From: an uncultured Draconibacterium sp.
Lineage (GTDB): Bacteria; Bacteroidota; Bacteroidia; Bacteroidales; Prolixibacteraceae
Assembly: GCA_963677575.1 (NCBI GenBank)
Contig: OY782038.1
Location: 1,916,195 to 1,980,194, forward strand
Reading direction: 5' to 3'
Length of the DNA stretch: 64,000 nt
Shown here: positions 1 to 10,113 of the stretch, piece by piece
Layout of the letters: every line of letters begins with the position of its first letter
Position numbering within the stretch: position 1 is the first letter of the stretch
Notes under the pieces: model-generated
Seen by the model: the letters and a program-made list of their open reading frames with translations, nothing else
The model's database searches: none
What the model was told of the DNA's origin: nothing
Program-made: the position numbers and the translations under genes

Positions 1-558
1 ACAATGGATCACTTGAAAATCGGGAAGGCACACCTGGTAGGAATTTCTTTGGGATGCATTGTTATTCGTGCCATGGACAAACTGGATCCCGGACGGGCCG
101 AATCCATTATTCTGGGCGGTGCGGTGGTACAGTTTAACTCACGCATAAACGCGCTGGTATCTGTAGCCAAATTATTGCAAACGATTTTCCCGTATATGTG
201 GTTGTACAAAATCAATGCATGGATATTGATCCCTTACAAAAAAGACATTGAATCGAGAAAGCTGTTTATTAAGGAAGCTATTCGTTTAGGCGAAAAAGAG
301 TTCAGGAAATGGCTGCGCATGTCGACCGAAATAAAAGATAGTTTACAGGAGTTTCTGATTAAAGAAGCATCGGCTCCGGTTCTTTACCTGATGGGCGACC
401 GCGATCATATGTTCTTACCAACGGTTTCGAACCTTGTAAAAAAACATTTTAATTCGAAATTGGAAATTATAAAAAACAGTGGTCACGTTTGCAATATCGA
501 TCAACCCGATATTTTTAATGAACGCAGCATACAGTTTATCAAAAGCTTGTCGACCTAA
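1..558 (+). CDS. alpha/beta hydrolase (frame open at window start, probably 5'-truncated)
   Basis: GISLG nucleophile elbow, GDRD acid, SGH histidine motif. Confidence 0.8.
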   Translation, partial: TMDHLKIGKAHLVGISLGCIVIRAMDKLDPGRAESIILGGAVVQFNSRINALVSVAKLLQTIFPYMWLYKINAWILIPYKKDIESRKLFIKEAIRLGEKEFRKWLRMSTEIKDSLQEFLIKEASAPVLYLMGDRDHMFLPTVSNLVKKHFNSKLEIIKNSGHVCNIDQPDIFNERSIQFIKSLST

Positions 559-663
559 TCAGGTTTTCATTCCATCAACATTTTAAGCCACAAAAAAACT
601 GCTCCCTTTGTGTAAAACACATGGAGAACAGTTAATTTTATTTCATTTTATCCTGCTGAGAAC

Positions 664-1146
664 CTATCGGTTATGGTATTCAGCGATAATCTTTTTTACA
701 TCGGTTGGCGCTACACGACCATAAACTTTTTCACCAACTGTTACTACCGGCGCCAAACCACAGGCTCCCACGCAGCGTAAGCAGTTAATGGAAAATTTAC
801 CATCTTCAGTCGATTCTCCTACTTCAACTTTTAGCTGGCGTTTAAATTCGTTTAGCACCTGCTCGGCACCACGAACATAACAGGCTGTTCCCATACAAAT
901 CGAGATTGGATTTTCGCCCTGCGGAATCATAGTGAAAAAGCTGTAAAATGTTACAACACCGTAAACTTTTGCTACTGATGCATTTAGCTCTTTTGCAATT
1001 ACTTCCTGCACTTCAGCCGGCAAATAGCCCAATTTGCTTTGCACCTGGTGAAGCACATTTATCAATTCGCTTTCCTTGTTCTCAAATTCAAGACAAATAT
1101 CTTTTATGAGTTGTATTGTATTTTCTGCTAATTTAATTTTTGGCAT
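664..1146 (-). CDS. hndA: NuoE-like [2Fe-2S] subunit of NADH-linked [FeFe] hydrogenase
   Basis: CMGTAC...CLRCVGAC thioredoxin-like 2Fe-2S motif; last gene of the hydrogenase operon. Confidence 0.88.
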   Translation of the reverse strand: MPKIKLAENTIQLIKDICLEFENKESELINVLHQVQSKLGYLPAEVQEVIAKELNASVAKVYGVVTFYSFFTMIPQGENPISICMGTACYVRGAEQVLNEFKRQLKVEVGESTEDGKFSINCLRCVGACGLAPVVTVGEKVYGRVAPTDVKKIIAEYHNR

Positions 1147-1212
1147 GATTCAAACTTTTTAGTTTTTTAGAATTAAAGCATTTAATCATTCTTGCATTAA
1201 AGCATTCACGAA

Positions 1213-2964
1213 CTACGTCCTGTCGAAATATTCGGTGTGCAACAGATGATGTGCTTTTTCGCTCATCGGCTCACCCAGGAACTTTTCATACAACTCAATA
1301 ATATGTGGATTTTCGTGCGATTTGCGCAGCGTTTTGTTTTGATCTTCCTGATACAGGGCAGCTTGTCGTTTTTTCAGAATGCCTGCATCGCCATGATGGT
1401 ACGGTTGCCCGCCACCACCGATACAACCGCCGGGGCAGCTCATAATTTCAATGGCGTGGAATTCACTTTTTCCTGCCTGAATATCTTCCAGCAATTTTCG
1501 CGCATTACCCAATCCGTGCGCGATACCAATTTTTATTGGTAACCCGTCAAAATCAATAGTTGCTTGCCTGATACCTTCCATTCCGCGCAGCTCATCAAAA
1601 TCCAATCGTGGCAATTCTTTTTTAGTATGAACTTCATACGCCGTACGAACAGCCGCCTCAATTACACCACCTGTTGTTCCGAAGATTACACCTGCGCCCG
1701 TTGATTCTCCAAGCGGGTTATCAAAGTCTTCGTTTGGCAGTGCTGTAAAATCAATATTCGAGAGTTTAATCAATGCTGCCAACTCGCGAGTTGTAAGCGC
1801 ATGATCAACATCCGGGTTATCATTGGTTTTAAACTCATCGCGGCCACACTCGTATTTTTTAGCCACACATGGCATAATCGAAACGACCACCAAATCTTCG
1901 CGTTTTATCCCCAACTGATCGGCAAAATAAGTTTTGGCAATGGAGCCAAACATTTGCTGAGGAGATCGTGCAGATGAAGGAATATCTTTCATTTCCGGGA
2001 ATTGGTGCTCGAAAAATTTCACCCATGCAGGACAGCACGAAGTTAATATCGGTAATTTCACATCTTTGTCACCAGCCAAATGTTTTCCCAAACGGTTCAG
2101 CAACTCGGTGCCTTCTTCCATAATGGTAAGGTCAGCGGCAAAGTCGGTATCAAAAACATGGTCGAATCCAAGACGACGCAAAGCAGTTACCATTTTACCG
2201 GTTACTAAAGAGCCGGACTCCATGCCAAACTCCTCACCCAATGCTGCGCGCACTGCAGGAGCTGTTTGAACGATCACTGTTTTTGTTGGATCGGAAAGTG
2301 CACGAATTACTTTCCCGGTTTCATCAACTTCTGTTAATGCTCCGGTGGGGCAAACAGCCACACACTGACCACAATATGTACACACCGAATGATCAAGATT
2401 CATTTCGAAAGCCGGCGAAACAACCGATTCAAAACCGCGGTTGATGGCCGATAAAACACCAACAGTTTGCACTTCGTTACACATGGTTTCGCAACGGCGG
2501 CACATAATACATTTATCCACCTCGCGAATTATTGCCGGTGACGTATCTTCGCGGTACGTAGATTGCTCACCTTTATAATGAATTTCGCGAATTCCCAAAT
2601 TGTGTGCCAGGTCCTGCAAATCGCAGTTGCCTGATTTGGCACAGATCAAACAATCAAAAGGATGATCAGAAAGGATCAACTCCATTACCGTTCTGCGTGC
2701 ATTTATCACACGCATTGAGTGGGTATTAATTTTCATACCTTCACTCACATTAGTACAACATGCCGGCGCCAGGTTTCTCCGTCCTTCCACTTCAACCACA
2801 CAAATACGGCAGCCACCGGGTTTGTTTTCAATGTTCAGGTCATCAAGTTTCATGTGGCACAGCGTTGGAATATGCAAACCAACACCCGATGCCGCTTCAA
2901 GAATTGTAGTTCCCGATTTTACCACAACCGGTTTATTATCTATCGTAAGATTTACTGTATCCAT
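1213..2964 (-). CDS. hndD: group A [FeFe] hydrogenase catalytic subunit
   Basis: H-cluster motifs TSCCPAW, MPCVAKKYE, EIMSCPGGCIGGGG; N-terminal 2Fe-2S, His-ligated and 2x4Fe-4S domains. Confidence 0.95.
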   Translation of the reverse strand: MDTVNLTIDNKPVVVKSGTTILEAASGVGLHIPTLCHMKLDDLNIENKPGGCRICVVEVEGRRNLAPACCTNVSEGMKINTHSMRVINARRTVMELILSDHPFDCLICAKSGNCDLQDLAHNLGIREIHYKGEQSTYREDTSPAIIREVDKCIMCRRCETMCNEVQTVGVLSAINRGFESVVSPAFEMNLDHSVCTYCGQCVAVCPTGALTEVDETGKVIRALSDPTKTVIVQTAPAVRAALGEEFGMESGSLVTGKMVTALRRLGFDHVFDTDFAADLTIMEEGTELLNRLGKHLAGDKDVKLPILTSCCPAWVKFFEHQFPEMKDIPSSARSPQQMFGSIAKTYFADQLGIKREDLVVVSIMPCVAKKYECGRDEFKTNDNPDVDHALTTRELAALIKLSNIDFTALPNEDFDNPLGESTGAGVIFGTTGGVIEAAVRTAYEVHTKKELPRLDFDELRGMEGIRQATIDFDGLPIKIGIAHGLGNARKLLEDIQAGKSEFHAIEIMSCPGGCIGGGGQPYHHGDAGILKKRQAALYQEDQNKTLRKSHENPHIIELYEKFLGEPMSEKAHHLLHTEYFDRT

Positions 2965-2981
2965 AATTTTCAGGTTTCTGA

Positions 2982-4775
2982 TTAGGTTAGGGTTATTGCA
3001 TTGAATTTACATTTCTCGTAACACACGCCACATTTAATACACAAAGTCTGGTCGATATAATGTGGCTGGCGGCGTTCGCCGGAAATTGCTCCTACCGGGC
3101 AATTGCGGAAACAAAGTGTACAACCGGTACACAAATCTTCAACAATATCGTAACGCAACAGCGATTTACACTGACCCGCCGGACACTTTCCGTCCAGGAC
3201 ATGAGCCTTGTATTCATGCTCGAAATTATTTATGGTTGAAAGCACCGGGTTGGGCGAGGTTTGTCCCAAACCACAAAGTGCCGTATCTTTAATTACCACA
3301 CTTAAATCTTTCAACTTTTCAATGTCTTGCTCTTCTCCTTTTCCCTGGGTAATTTTATCCAGCAACTCGTAAAGGCGCTTGTTTCCAACACGGCATGGTG
3401 TACATTTTCCGCACGATTCCTCCAGCGTAAAATCCAAATAAAATTTTGCGATGGAAACCATACAATCGTCCTCGTCCATTACAATCATTCCGCCCGATCC
3501 CATCATAGAACCCGATGCCAGTAGGTTGTCGTAATCAATCGGGATATCCAAATCTTCTTTCGTTAAACATCCTCCTGACGGACCACCGGTTTGAACAGCT
3601 TTAAATTCTTTTCCGTCTTTAATTCCACCGCCAATATCGTAGATCACTTCACGGAGTGTTGTTCCCATTGGCACCTCAATTAGACCAACATTGTTAATCT
3701 TTCCGGCTAAGGCAAACACTTTTGTTCCCTTTGATTTTTCGGTACCGATTTTACTAAACCATTCAGCACCTTTATTCAAAATTACCGGAATGTTTGCAAA
3801 AGTCTCTACGTTATTTACGTTGGTAGGTTTTCCCATGTACCCGGAAACGGACGGGAACGGTGGTTTGAAAGTTGGCTCACCACGTAAACCTTCCATAGAG
3901 TGGATCAGCGCAGTTTCTTCACCGCAAACAAAAGCTCCGGCACCGTAACGCAATTCAATATGAAAATTAAAACCACTACCTAAAATATCATCACCAATCA
4001 AACCATATTCTTCGGCTTGTTTAATGGCAATTTTCAAACGTTGGATAGCCAGCGGATATTCAGCCCGGATATAAACCAGTCCCTTGTCGGCGCCAATACA
4101 ATAACCGCAAATGGCCATCGCCTCCAGTACCGAGTGTGGATCACCTTCCAAAATCGAACGATCCATAAATGCGCCGGGGTCTCCCTCGTCGGCGTTGCAA
4201 ACCACGTATTTCTGGTCGTTTTCTACATTTTTTGTTATCTCCCACTTTAAACCTGTTGGGAAACCGCCACCACCGCGGCCACGCAAACCCGAGTCTTTTA
4301 TTTCTTTTATTACCTCTTCGGGTTTAAGCTCCGATAAACATTTTCCCAAAGCCTGGTAACCATTGCGGGCAATGTATTCATCAATATTTTCAGGATTGAT
4401 AAAACCGCAATTCTTTAAGGCGATTCGGATTTGCTTTTTATAGAAATCCATGCCTTTAGAATCGCTTATATGCTCATCGTTAGTAGGATCGGTATATAAC
4501 AAACGTTTTACCGGACGGCCTTTTACAATGTGTTCCTCAACAATTTCTACCACATCGTTTGGCGTAACCTGAACGTAAAAAGCGTTGTCGGGCAATACTT
4601 TTACAATGGGTCCTTTTTCGCAAAAACCAAAACAACCGGTCAGTACCACCTGAACTTCATCTTCGAGCCCAAAGTCCTGAATCAATTGATTTAGTCTGTT
4701 TTTAATTTCGTCGCTTTCCGATGCTTTACACCCGGTACCACCACAAATTAAAATATGCATTTTGTAGTCAGTCAT
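2982..4775 (-). CDS. hndC: NuoF-like FMN/NADH-binding subunit (HydB/HndC)
   Basis: GLRGRGGGGFPTG, NADEGDPG, GAGAFVCGEET, ESCGKCTPCR, C-terminal 2x4Fe-4S. Confidence 0.93.
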   Translation of the reverse strand: MTDYKMHILICGGTGCKASESDEIKNRLNQLIQDFGLEDEVQVVLTGCFGFCEKGPIVKVLPDNAFYVQVTPNDVVEIVEEHIVKGRPVKRLLYTDPTNDEHISDSKGMDFYKKQIRIALKNCGFINPENIDEYIARNGYQALGKCLSELKPEEVIKEIKDSGLRGRGGGGFPTGLKWEITKNVENDQKYVVCNADEGDPGAFMDRSILEGDPHSVLEAMAICGYCIGADKGLVYIRAEYPLAIQRLKIAIKQAEEYGLIGDDILGSGFNFHIELRYGAGAFVCGEETALIHSMEGLRGEPTFKPPFPSVSGYMGKPTNVNNVETFANIPVILNKGAEWFSKIGTEKSKGTKVFALAGKINNVGLIEVPMGTTLREVIYDIGGGIKDGKEFKAVQTGGPSGGCLTKEDLDIPIDYDNLLASGSMMGSGGMIVMDEDDCMVSIAKFYLDFTLEESCGKCTPCRVGNKRLYELLDKITQGKGEEQDIEKLKDLSVVIKDTALCGLGQTSPNPVLSTINNFEHEYKAHVLDGKCPAGQCKSLLRYDIVEDLCTGCTLCFRNCPVGAISGERRQPHYIDQTLCIKCGVCYEKCKFNAITLT

Positions 4776-4793
4776 AGTTTTCGGTTTATATTT

Positions 4794-5189
4794 TTAATCG
4801 TCTATGGTTTTAAAGCTTACCGGAATAATTCCGTCAACCAGCTCGCCGCGTTTAATGTATGAGTCGATAATTTCGCGGGCTTTTTCTTTTTTCACGTGTC
4901 CGTAAATCACCGGTTCCTTGCCCGGAAGTTTTACTTCAACGGTTGGTTCGGCATAACAGTAGCCCATGCAACCGGTTTGCGTAACAACCGCATCAATGGC
5001 TTCCTGTTCCAACTCTTCCACAAAATATTTCATGGTTTCCTTAGCGCCGGATGCAATACCACAAGTAGCCATTCCCACTTTAATTTGCACAACCTGATCA
5101 GGGTTAGCACTGTTTTCCCTGAGTTTGATTTTCGACTGAGCCTCTTCTTTCATCTTCCGAAGATCAGCCAGTGTTTTAATTTTAGTCAT
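4794..5189 (-). CDS. hndB: thioredoxin-like [2Fe-2S] ferredoxin subunit (HndB/HydD)
   Basis: VGMATCGIASGA...TGCMGYCYAEP; position in operon. Confidence 0.82.
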   Translation of the reverse strand: MTKIKTLADLRKMKEEAQSKIKLRENSANPDQVVQIKVGMATCGIASGAKETMKYFVEELEQEAIDAVVTQTGCMGYCYAEPTVEVKLPGKEPVIYGHVKKEKAREIIDSYIKRGELVDGIIPVSFKTIDD

Positions 5190-5209
5190 ATCGCTTTTTT
5201 GTTTATTCG

Positions 5210-5758
5210 TTATTTAGTCACTTCTATCTCTTGTAAATTCAATTTTATCAATTCCAAAATTCCTTCGCGTATTTCCTTTTGCTGGTACGAAACATCACCC
5301 AGCACCTCTTCCAACTCATCGGAACTTATCTGAAACTCACCTTTTTCAGTTTTATGGTGATACACCAAATTTCCGTCGATGTAGCTTAAAAACATCAGGT
5401 ACAAGGTTTCCCTGATATCTCCTAACGGTGGTCGGTCGATGTTCGACAGCTGAAAACGCGCCGTTAAAACGGTGCCCACATTTAGCTCCGATTCGAGGGA
5501 AAAACTGCCACCGGCAGCCTCGGCATTGTGCTTTAAAAGCGGAATACCAAGCCCCACTTTTCGTGTAGTTCGCGATGTAAAGAACGGATTTATGGCTTTG
5601 GCCAGCGTTTCCTTGCTCATTCCGCAGCCATTGTCTCTAATTATTAGTGAACAAAGGTCTGCTATTTTATCCTCCTCAACTATGATTTCAATCAACGTTG
5701 CTTTTGCGCTTACGGAGTTCTGCACAATATCCAGAATATGTTCGGACAATGTTCTCAT
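5210..5758 (-). CDS. HATPase_c (histidine kinase-like ATPase) protein
   Basis: DIVQNS N-box, DNGCG G1, PFFTSR F-box, GLGIP G2. Confidence 0.85.
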   Translation of the reverse strand: MRTLSEHILDIVQNSVSAKATLIEIIVEEDKIADLCSLIIRDNGCGMSKETLAKAINPFFTSRTTRKVGLGIPLLKHNAEAAGGSFSLESELNVGTVLTARFQLSNIDRPPLGDIRETLYLMFLSYIDGNLVYHHKTEKGEFQISSDELEEVLGDVSYQQKEIREGILELIKLNLQEIEVTK

Positions 5759-6495
5759 ACAATTTCAACAAATCTACCATCTTGCTGATTCAGAGCTCTC
5801 TTTACCTCACAAAAAGATAATTCATGAATATTAAAAACAGAATAGTGAGTGCCAACCTGTTCTAAAAAATGAGCATCTGAATTATAAATTAACGAAATTT
5901 TATCACCTAAGTCATAATGTTTTCGAGCATGCTTTTCGCTGGTTTTTCCGGTAATTCCCATGGCATCAAATTCAAGGTCTTTTGGAACAAAACCCAGGTG
6001 GCTAAATAAACCGTTCAACGGCCGGTTAACATGTGCCGGGATAAATATTCCACCCAGCTCGTACACATACTTTTGAACCGAAGAAATACCTTTTTTTAAT
6101 GCTGATGTAAGGTAATACGGAACCAACTCCAACACTTTTTCATTAGCATCAACAACCGGCTGATAACCAAAGTGTCCATCGGGATTTGGAATGCGTGTAA
6201 TGTTTTGCTCCAAATATTGCTGAAACTTATCCAGTTTCTCGTCATCCTCGAAAAAGGCCAGGCAATGCACTTCTTCTTTGGTAGTAATTTCTACGCCGGG
6301 AAGTGCCAATATTCCCTTTTCGCGGGCCAAGTCGCGAATTACTTTCGCGTTTAGGGTCGAATTATGATCGGTAATTCCAATAATATGCAATCCTGCCTCC
6401 CGGGCTTGCTCCACAATTTTACGCGGAGCCATTTCCAGGTCAGCACAGGGCGAAAGTACGGTATGAATATGTAGGTCGGCCCTGAATTTTTGCAT
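5755..6495 (-). CDS. PHP-domain metal-dependent phosphoesterase
   Basis: DLHIHT, ITDHN, PAH and NSDAH motifs. Confidence 0.88.
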   Translation of the reverse strand: MQKFRADLHIHTVLSPCADLEMAPRKIVEQAREAGLHIIGITDHNSTLNAKVIRDLAREKGILALPGVEITTKEEVHCLAFFEDDEKLDKFQQYLEQNITRIPNPDGHFGYQPVVDANEKVLELVPYYLTSALKKGISSVQKYVYELGGIFIPAHVNRPLNGLFSHLGFVPKDLEFDAMGITGKTSEKHARKHYDLGDKISLIYNSDAHFLEQVGTHYSVFNIHELSFCEVKRALNQQDGRFVEIV

Positions 6496-6499
6496 CTTA

Positions 6500-6832
6500 T
6501 TACGTTAAGGTAATATATAAATTCCCTGCCATTTCAAATGTGGCTTTGTCGGTTCCCAATACAGGAATTCCTTCTTCGTTACTGCGTTCGAGCGTATCTT
6601 CTTCGGGCTCAAAACCCTTTACCAAAATTACTGCTGCCAGCTCTTTCAGCGAGGCAATAGCCATTACATTTTGATGCGTTTGCAGTGTTATCCATACCTG
6701 CCCTTCCTGCGCATTTCCCATTACATCGCTCAGCAAATCGGAAACATACCCTCCGGAAATTTCATTGTCTAATCCGGATTCGCCGGAAAAAACTTTTAAT
6801 CCAAATTTTTCAACCAGTTCAGAAACCTTCAT
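6500..6832 (-). CDS. DRTGG-domain protein
   Basis: YVSDLLSDVM..G.VWIT pattern; start moved to ATG 6832 (MKVSELVEKF). Confidence 0.75.
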   Translation of the reverse strand: MKVSELVEKFGLKVFSGESGLDNEISGGYVSDLLSDVMGNAQEGQVWITLQTHQNVMAIASLKELAAVILVKGFEPEEDTLERSNEEGIPVLGTDKATFEMAGNLYITLT

Positions 6833-8186
6833 TTCTACCTCCTCTTCTGTTACAGTCAGCGTCAAAACGATTTCTCCCCCAGGCTTTTTCCAGGTTCTTA
6901 GTCGCTTTTTCGATGGTTATTTTTTTCTCGTTTAAGTATCTGTTTTGCAAAAAAATACAATCTGTCATTTTTGCTTTCCCTTGCACCATATCTTCGGCTA
7001 GCGCATGACAATTGGGTGCCCCGCAACTGCCGCAATCTATTCCCGGAAGCTGACATAAAATCCGTTCAACTTTCTGCATTTTTTCCAATGCTTTCAGGCG
7101 ATCGGTATCCAGGGCAAAAACATACCGGGGTTCAATCGGGTCGGCTTTCATTTTATCTTTTATTCCCAGGCAGCTCACTGCCGAAATATCGATTGATGAA
7201 GCATTCGGATAACGTTTTGATCGTTTTTGCAATCGCTCAACCGTAAGGAAACGGTTGCCTGTAAGCAAAATTCCGCCGGCACATCCCTGGTGACACGATT
7301 TCAGTTCCAGAAAATCGAGCACCGGAACCTCTTCGTTCTCCATGCGTTCCAGAATTTTAACTACGTTGTGGATGCCGTCTACCGCCATCGAATTGCGTTT
7401 AAAGTGTCGTGCCTCGCCACGCGGAAGACTCCACAAAATTCCATCGAGCGTTAGGTTTTTGCGCAATGGAGCCGTATCAGTTTTTTCTTCCTTTTCAATA
7501 ACCCGCATGATGTGATTGTACAAATCACTCATTTTAATCAGGCCATCAACCGCCGATACTTCTTCGCCCAAAGGACGTTTTACAGCAGCCATTTTTGCCG
7601 AACAGGGCGACACATAAAAAGTACCTATTTCTTCGCGTTCAATTCCTTTCTTGCTCAACAGCTCAATGGCATGACAAGCTGCCAAATCGTGAGGTGCTTT
7701 TACCGGAACAATATTATCAACCAATGAAGGATAGCGCGATTGTATTAAACGAACAATGGCCGGACAAAATGACGATATCATCGGTTTATGCGTCGATTTT
7801 TCAACTTCTTGTTTTATCTCATCAATCAACATCCCAATGGGCTGCTCCACCTCAAAGATGTGTGTAAATCCGAGTTTCAAAAGTGCCTCGTAAATTTTCC
7901 CTTCGCTATAAATTTCGGGAAACTGCCCAATCATTACCGCCGGAAAAAGCACCACCCGGTATTTGTATTTATTCAGTTGTTCCAAACTATCGTGCTCTAC
8001 ATAAAAAGCATCAACCGGACACGCGCGCAGGCAGTTTCCGCAATCCACACAACGATCGGAATTTATATTCGCCACTCCCCCACGTATCCGAATTGCCTCG
8101 GTTGGACAGGCTTTCATGCAATGCGTGCAGCCCGTACATTTATCCGTGTCAACTGTTATGGCATGATATTTTTCTACAACCTTCAT
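6819..8186 (-). CDS. atypical [FeFe]-hydrogenase-like Fe-S protein (putative sensory/group D type)
   Basis: N-terminal 2x4Fe-4S; degenerate H-cluster motifs SSFCPAI, SPCSAK, ELKSCHQGCAGG; C-terminal CGSCGAPNC Fe-S motif. Confidence 0.8.
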   Translation of the reverse strand: MKVVEKYHAITVDTDKCTGCTHCMKACPTEAIRIRGGVANINSDRCVDCGNCLRACPVDAFYVEHDSLEQLNKYKYRVVLFPAVMIGQFPEIYSEGKIYEALLKLGFTHIFEVEQPIGMLIDEIKQEVEKSTHKPMISSFCPAIVRLIQSRYPSLVDNIVPVKAPHDLAACHAIELLSKKGIEREEIGTFYVSPCSAKMAAVKRPLGEEVSAVDGLIKMSDLYNHIMRVIEKEEKTDTAPLRKNLTLDGILWSLPRGEARHFKRNSMAVDGIHNVVKILERMENEEVPVLDFLELKSCHQGCAGGILLTGNRFLTVERLQKRSKRYPNASSIDISAVSCLGIKDKMKADPIEPRYVFALDTDRLKALEKMQKVERILCQLPGIDCGSCGAPNCHALAEDMVQGKAKMTDCIFLQNRYLNEKKITIEKATKNLEKAWGRNRFDADCNRRGGRNEGF

Positions 8187-8189
8187 CTT

Positions 8190-8600
8190 CTAAAAATTAT
8201 TTCTGAAAGTTAAAACTGTTCCCTCTCCTAACTCGCTTTCAATCGTAAATTCATCGGTGTTTCGGTTAATATTTGGCAAGCCCATTCCCGCGCCAAATCC
8301 CATATTCCGAACAGCTTTGGTAGCGGTTGAGTAACCTTCCTGCATGGCTTTTTCTATATCCTCAATACCGGGGCCATTATCCTTAACAATAACAGTAATT
8401 CCTGTTCCGTCGATTTCGGCCAGCATTTTTCCTCCAACAGAGTGAGCAACAACATTAACCTCGGCCTCGTAGATAGCCACCACAATTCGTTTGATCACTT
8501 TTGGATCAACCTGTAATTGTTTCAGCATTTTTTTTATTCGGCTCGAAGCTCTTCCGGCCTTGCTAAAATCGCCGTTTGCTATGTCAAATTCCAACTTCAT
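8190..8600 (-). CDS. anti-sigma-factor-type Ser/Thr kinase (RsbT/RsbW-like)
   Basis: EAEVNVVAH, DNGPGI, GFGAGMGL motifs. Confidence 0.85.
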   Translation of the reverse strand: MKLEFDIANGDFSKAGRASSRIKKMLKQLQVDPKVIKRIVVAIYEAEVNVVAHSVGGKMLAEIDGTGITVIVKDNGPGIEDIEKAMQEGYSTATKAVRNMGFGAGMGLPNINRNTDEFTIESELGEGTVLTFRNNF

Positions 8601-8944
8601 TAATAAACGGGGGGCAAACCTTTTTTAAATAATACCCCGCTTGAACGGAAAATAGAATACGGTGTTTCCAACAGAACCAAGCCTGTTTCATTAGCCAGCT
8701 CGATCATTTCAGGTGTGGCACTTTTGTTTCGTGCCAGCAGCACCACTTCAATGTCGGCCATTTCGGCTGTACGAACAAGCTGTAAATTCGCCAGTCCTGT
8801 TATTAAAAGTATATGTTCCGTATCCAGCGTTAAAACATCGCTCATCAGGTCGGAACTAAAAGCTCTCAGCAAATTGTGGTCTTCTTCGGCATCTCCGGCA
8901 ACCACTTTTGCGTTGGTCAAATCAATAATCTCAGATAATTTCAC
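8600..8944 (-). CDS. DRTGG-domain protein
   Basis: FSSDLMSDVL..LLITGL pattern; GTG start; first gene of operon. Confidence 0.75.
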   Translation of the reverse strand: MKLSEIIDLTNAKVVAGDAEEDHNLLRAFSSDLMSDVLTLDTEHILLITGLANLQLVRTAEMADIEVVLLARNKSATPEMIELANETGLVLLETPYSIFRSSGVLFKKGLPPVY

Positions 8945-8966
8945 TTGGTCAGTTTAAAACTTGGCA

Positions 8967-8974
8967 CAAAGATA
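8967..8974 (-). promoter_or_regulatory. Bacteroidota sigma-70 -7 element for the hydrogenase operon
   Basis: TATCTTTG matches TAnnTTTG, 23 nt upstream of the GTG start. Confidence 0.55.
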
Positions 8975-9165
8975 ATTCTACCACTACTTTTTTTTACTGC
9001 TGCAAGTCAAGTTATTCCGAATTTATAATGAATAAAAACAAGCCCTATTTGTCTCTATTTCTGTCGGATCGATTTTCAGAAATCTGTTTTAAAACAATTC
9101 CTCAAAATATAAAGCGCCTGTGGTTTTATATGCCTCGTAAATTGTGTATTTTTCAGATACAAAAA

Positions 9166-10113
9166 ATGAAAGACCAAACTATGATTTACGATAAAGAATC
9201 GTTTCTAAACAATAATATCGATGATCCTGCCATCCATCAGAAAATTATTGATGCGCTGCCCATACCTATTTTTTACCGCGACACAGAAGGAATTTACCGG
9301 ATGTGTAATGCCGCGCACGAAAAATTTACCGGCAAAACAAAGGAACAAATTTTGGGCAAACCGTTACACGAGGTTCATGTAAAAGAAATGGCAGATAAAT
9401 ACCTGGCACAAGACAAAGAATTAATTGCCAATCCTGATGTTCAGGTGTACAACACACAAGTGCGCCATGGCGACGGGACCTCGCACCATGTTATTTTGAA
9501 TAAAGCTGTTATTCGCGATAACGAAAATAAAATTGTTGGAATTGTTGGTTCCATCAACGACATTACCGAATTAAAGAAAACCGAAAAACGCCTGGAAAAA
9601 GCGCAGGAAACCATGCAGGTTTCTTCGCAAATGATACATAAAATTTCTACCGGTATTGTAATGGTCGACAGTAATTTTAAAATTGTAGACTCCAACGAAT
9701 ATTTTGCCAAACTAATGGGCGAAGACACGGAAGAATTGTACGAAACCATTCCCGGGCTTACCGGTGCCGATGTAAAAGGATTGGTGCCCGACATTATTTA
9801 CAAAATGATATCGAGCGTTCTTACTTCAGGCGATGAATTGGCCGAACGGGATTTAAAATTTCACAATAAACTCATGCATGTTTCGGTACGTACACTTTAT
9901 AAGAACAAGGTAGTTGGTGTGGTATTCCGCGATATGTCGGCACCAATGCTTGTGCAGGATGAGATTATTAATCGTGCACGAAAAATCAATAAACAAAATA
10001 TTGAGACGGTGCAAAAAATCGCCTTTTTAATGGGCGAAAACGCTGCTGAAACAGAAGAACTGTTAAATTCCATAATTGAAACCTATCGCTATGGTGACGA
10101 CGACAAATCCTGA
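9166..10113 (+). CDS. double-PAS protein with a tail resembling sensory-hydrogenase (HydS/HfsB) C-termini
   Basis: PAS/PAC signature (IFYRD..G.Y..CN, IVGIVG..DIT), second PAS, tail VQKIAFLMGENAAETE; start uncertain (9166 or 9181; ORF opens at 9028). Confidence 0.7.
   Translation: MKDQTMIYDKESFLNNNIDDPAIHQKIIDALPIPIFYRDTEGIYRMCNAAHEKFTGKTKEQILGKPLHEVHVKEMADKYLAQDKELIANPDVQVYNTQVRHGDGTSHHVILNKAVIRDNENKIVGIVGSINDITELKKTEKRLEKAQETMQVSSQMIHKISTGIVMVDSNFKIVDSNEYFAKLMGEDTEELYETIPGLTGADVKGLVPDIIYKMISSVLTSGDELAERDLKFHNKLMHVSVRTLYKNKVVGVVFRDMSAPMLVQDEIINRARKINKQNIETVQKIAFLMGENAAETEELLNSIIETYRYGDDDKS

Noticed and set aside
8961-8977. Sigma-54 site TTGGCACAAAGATAATT on the plus strand
   Set aside because: No TTG(C) at -12; better explained as the reverse complement of the TATCTTTG -7 box.
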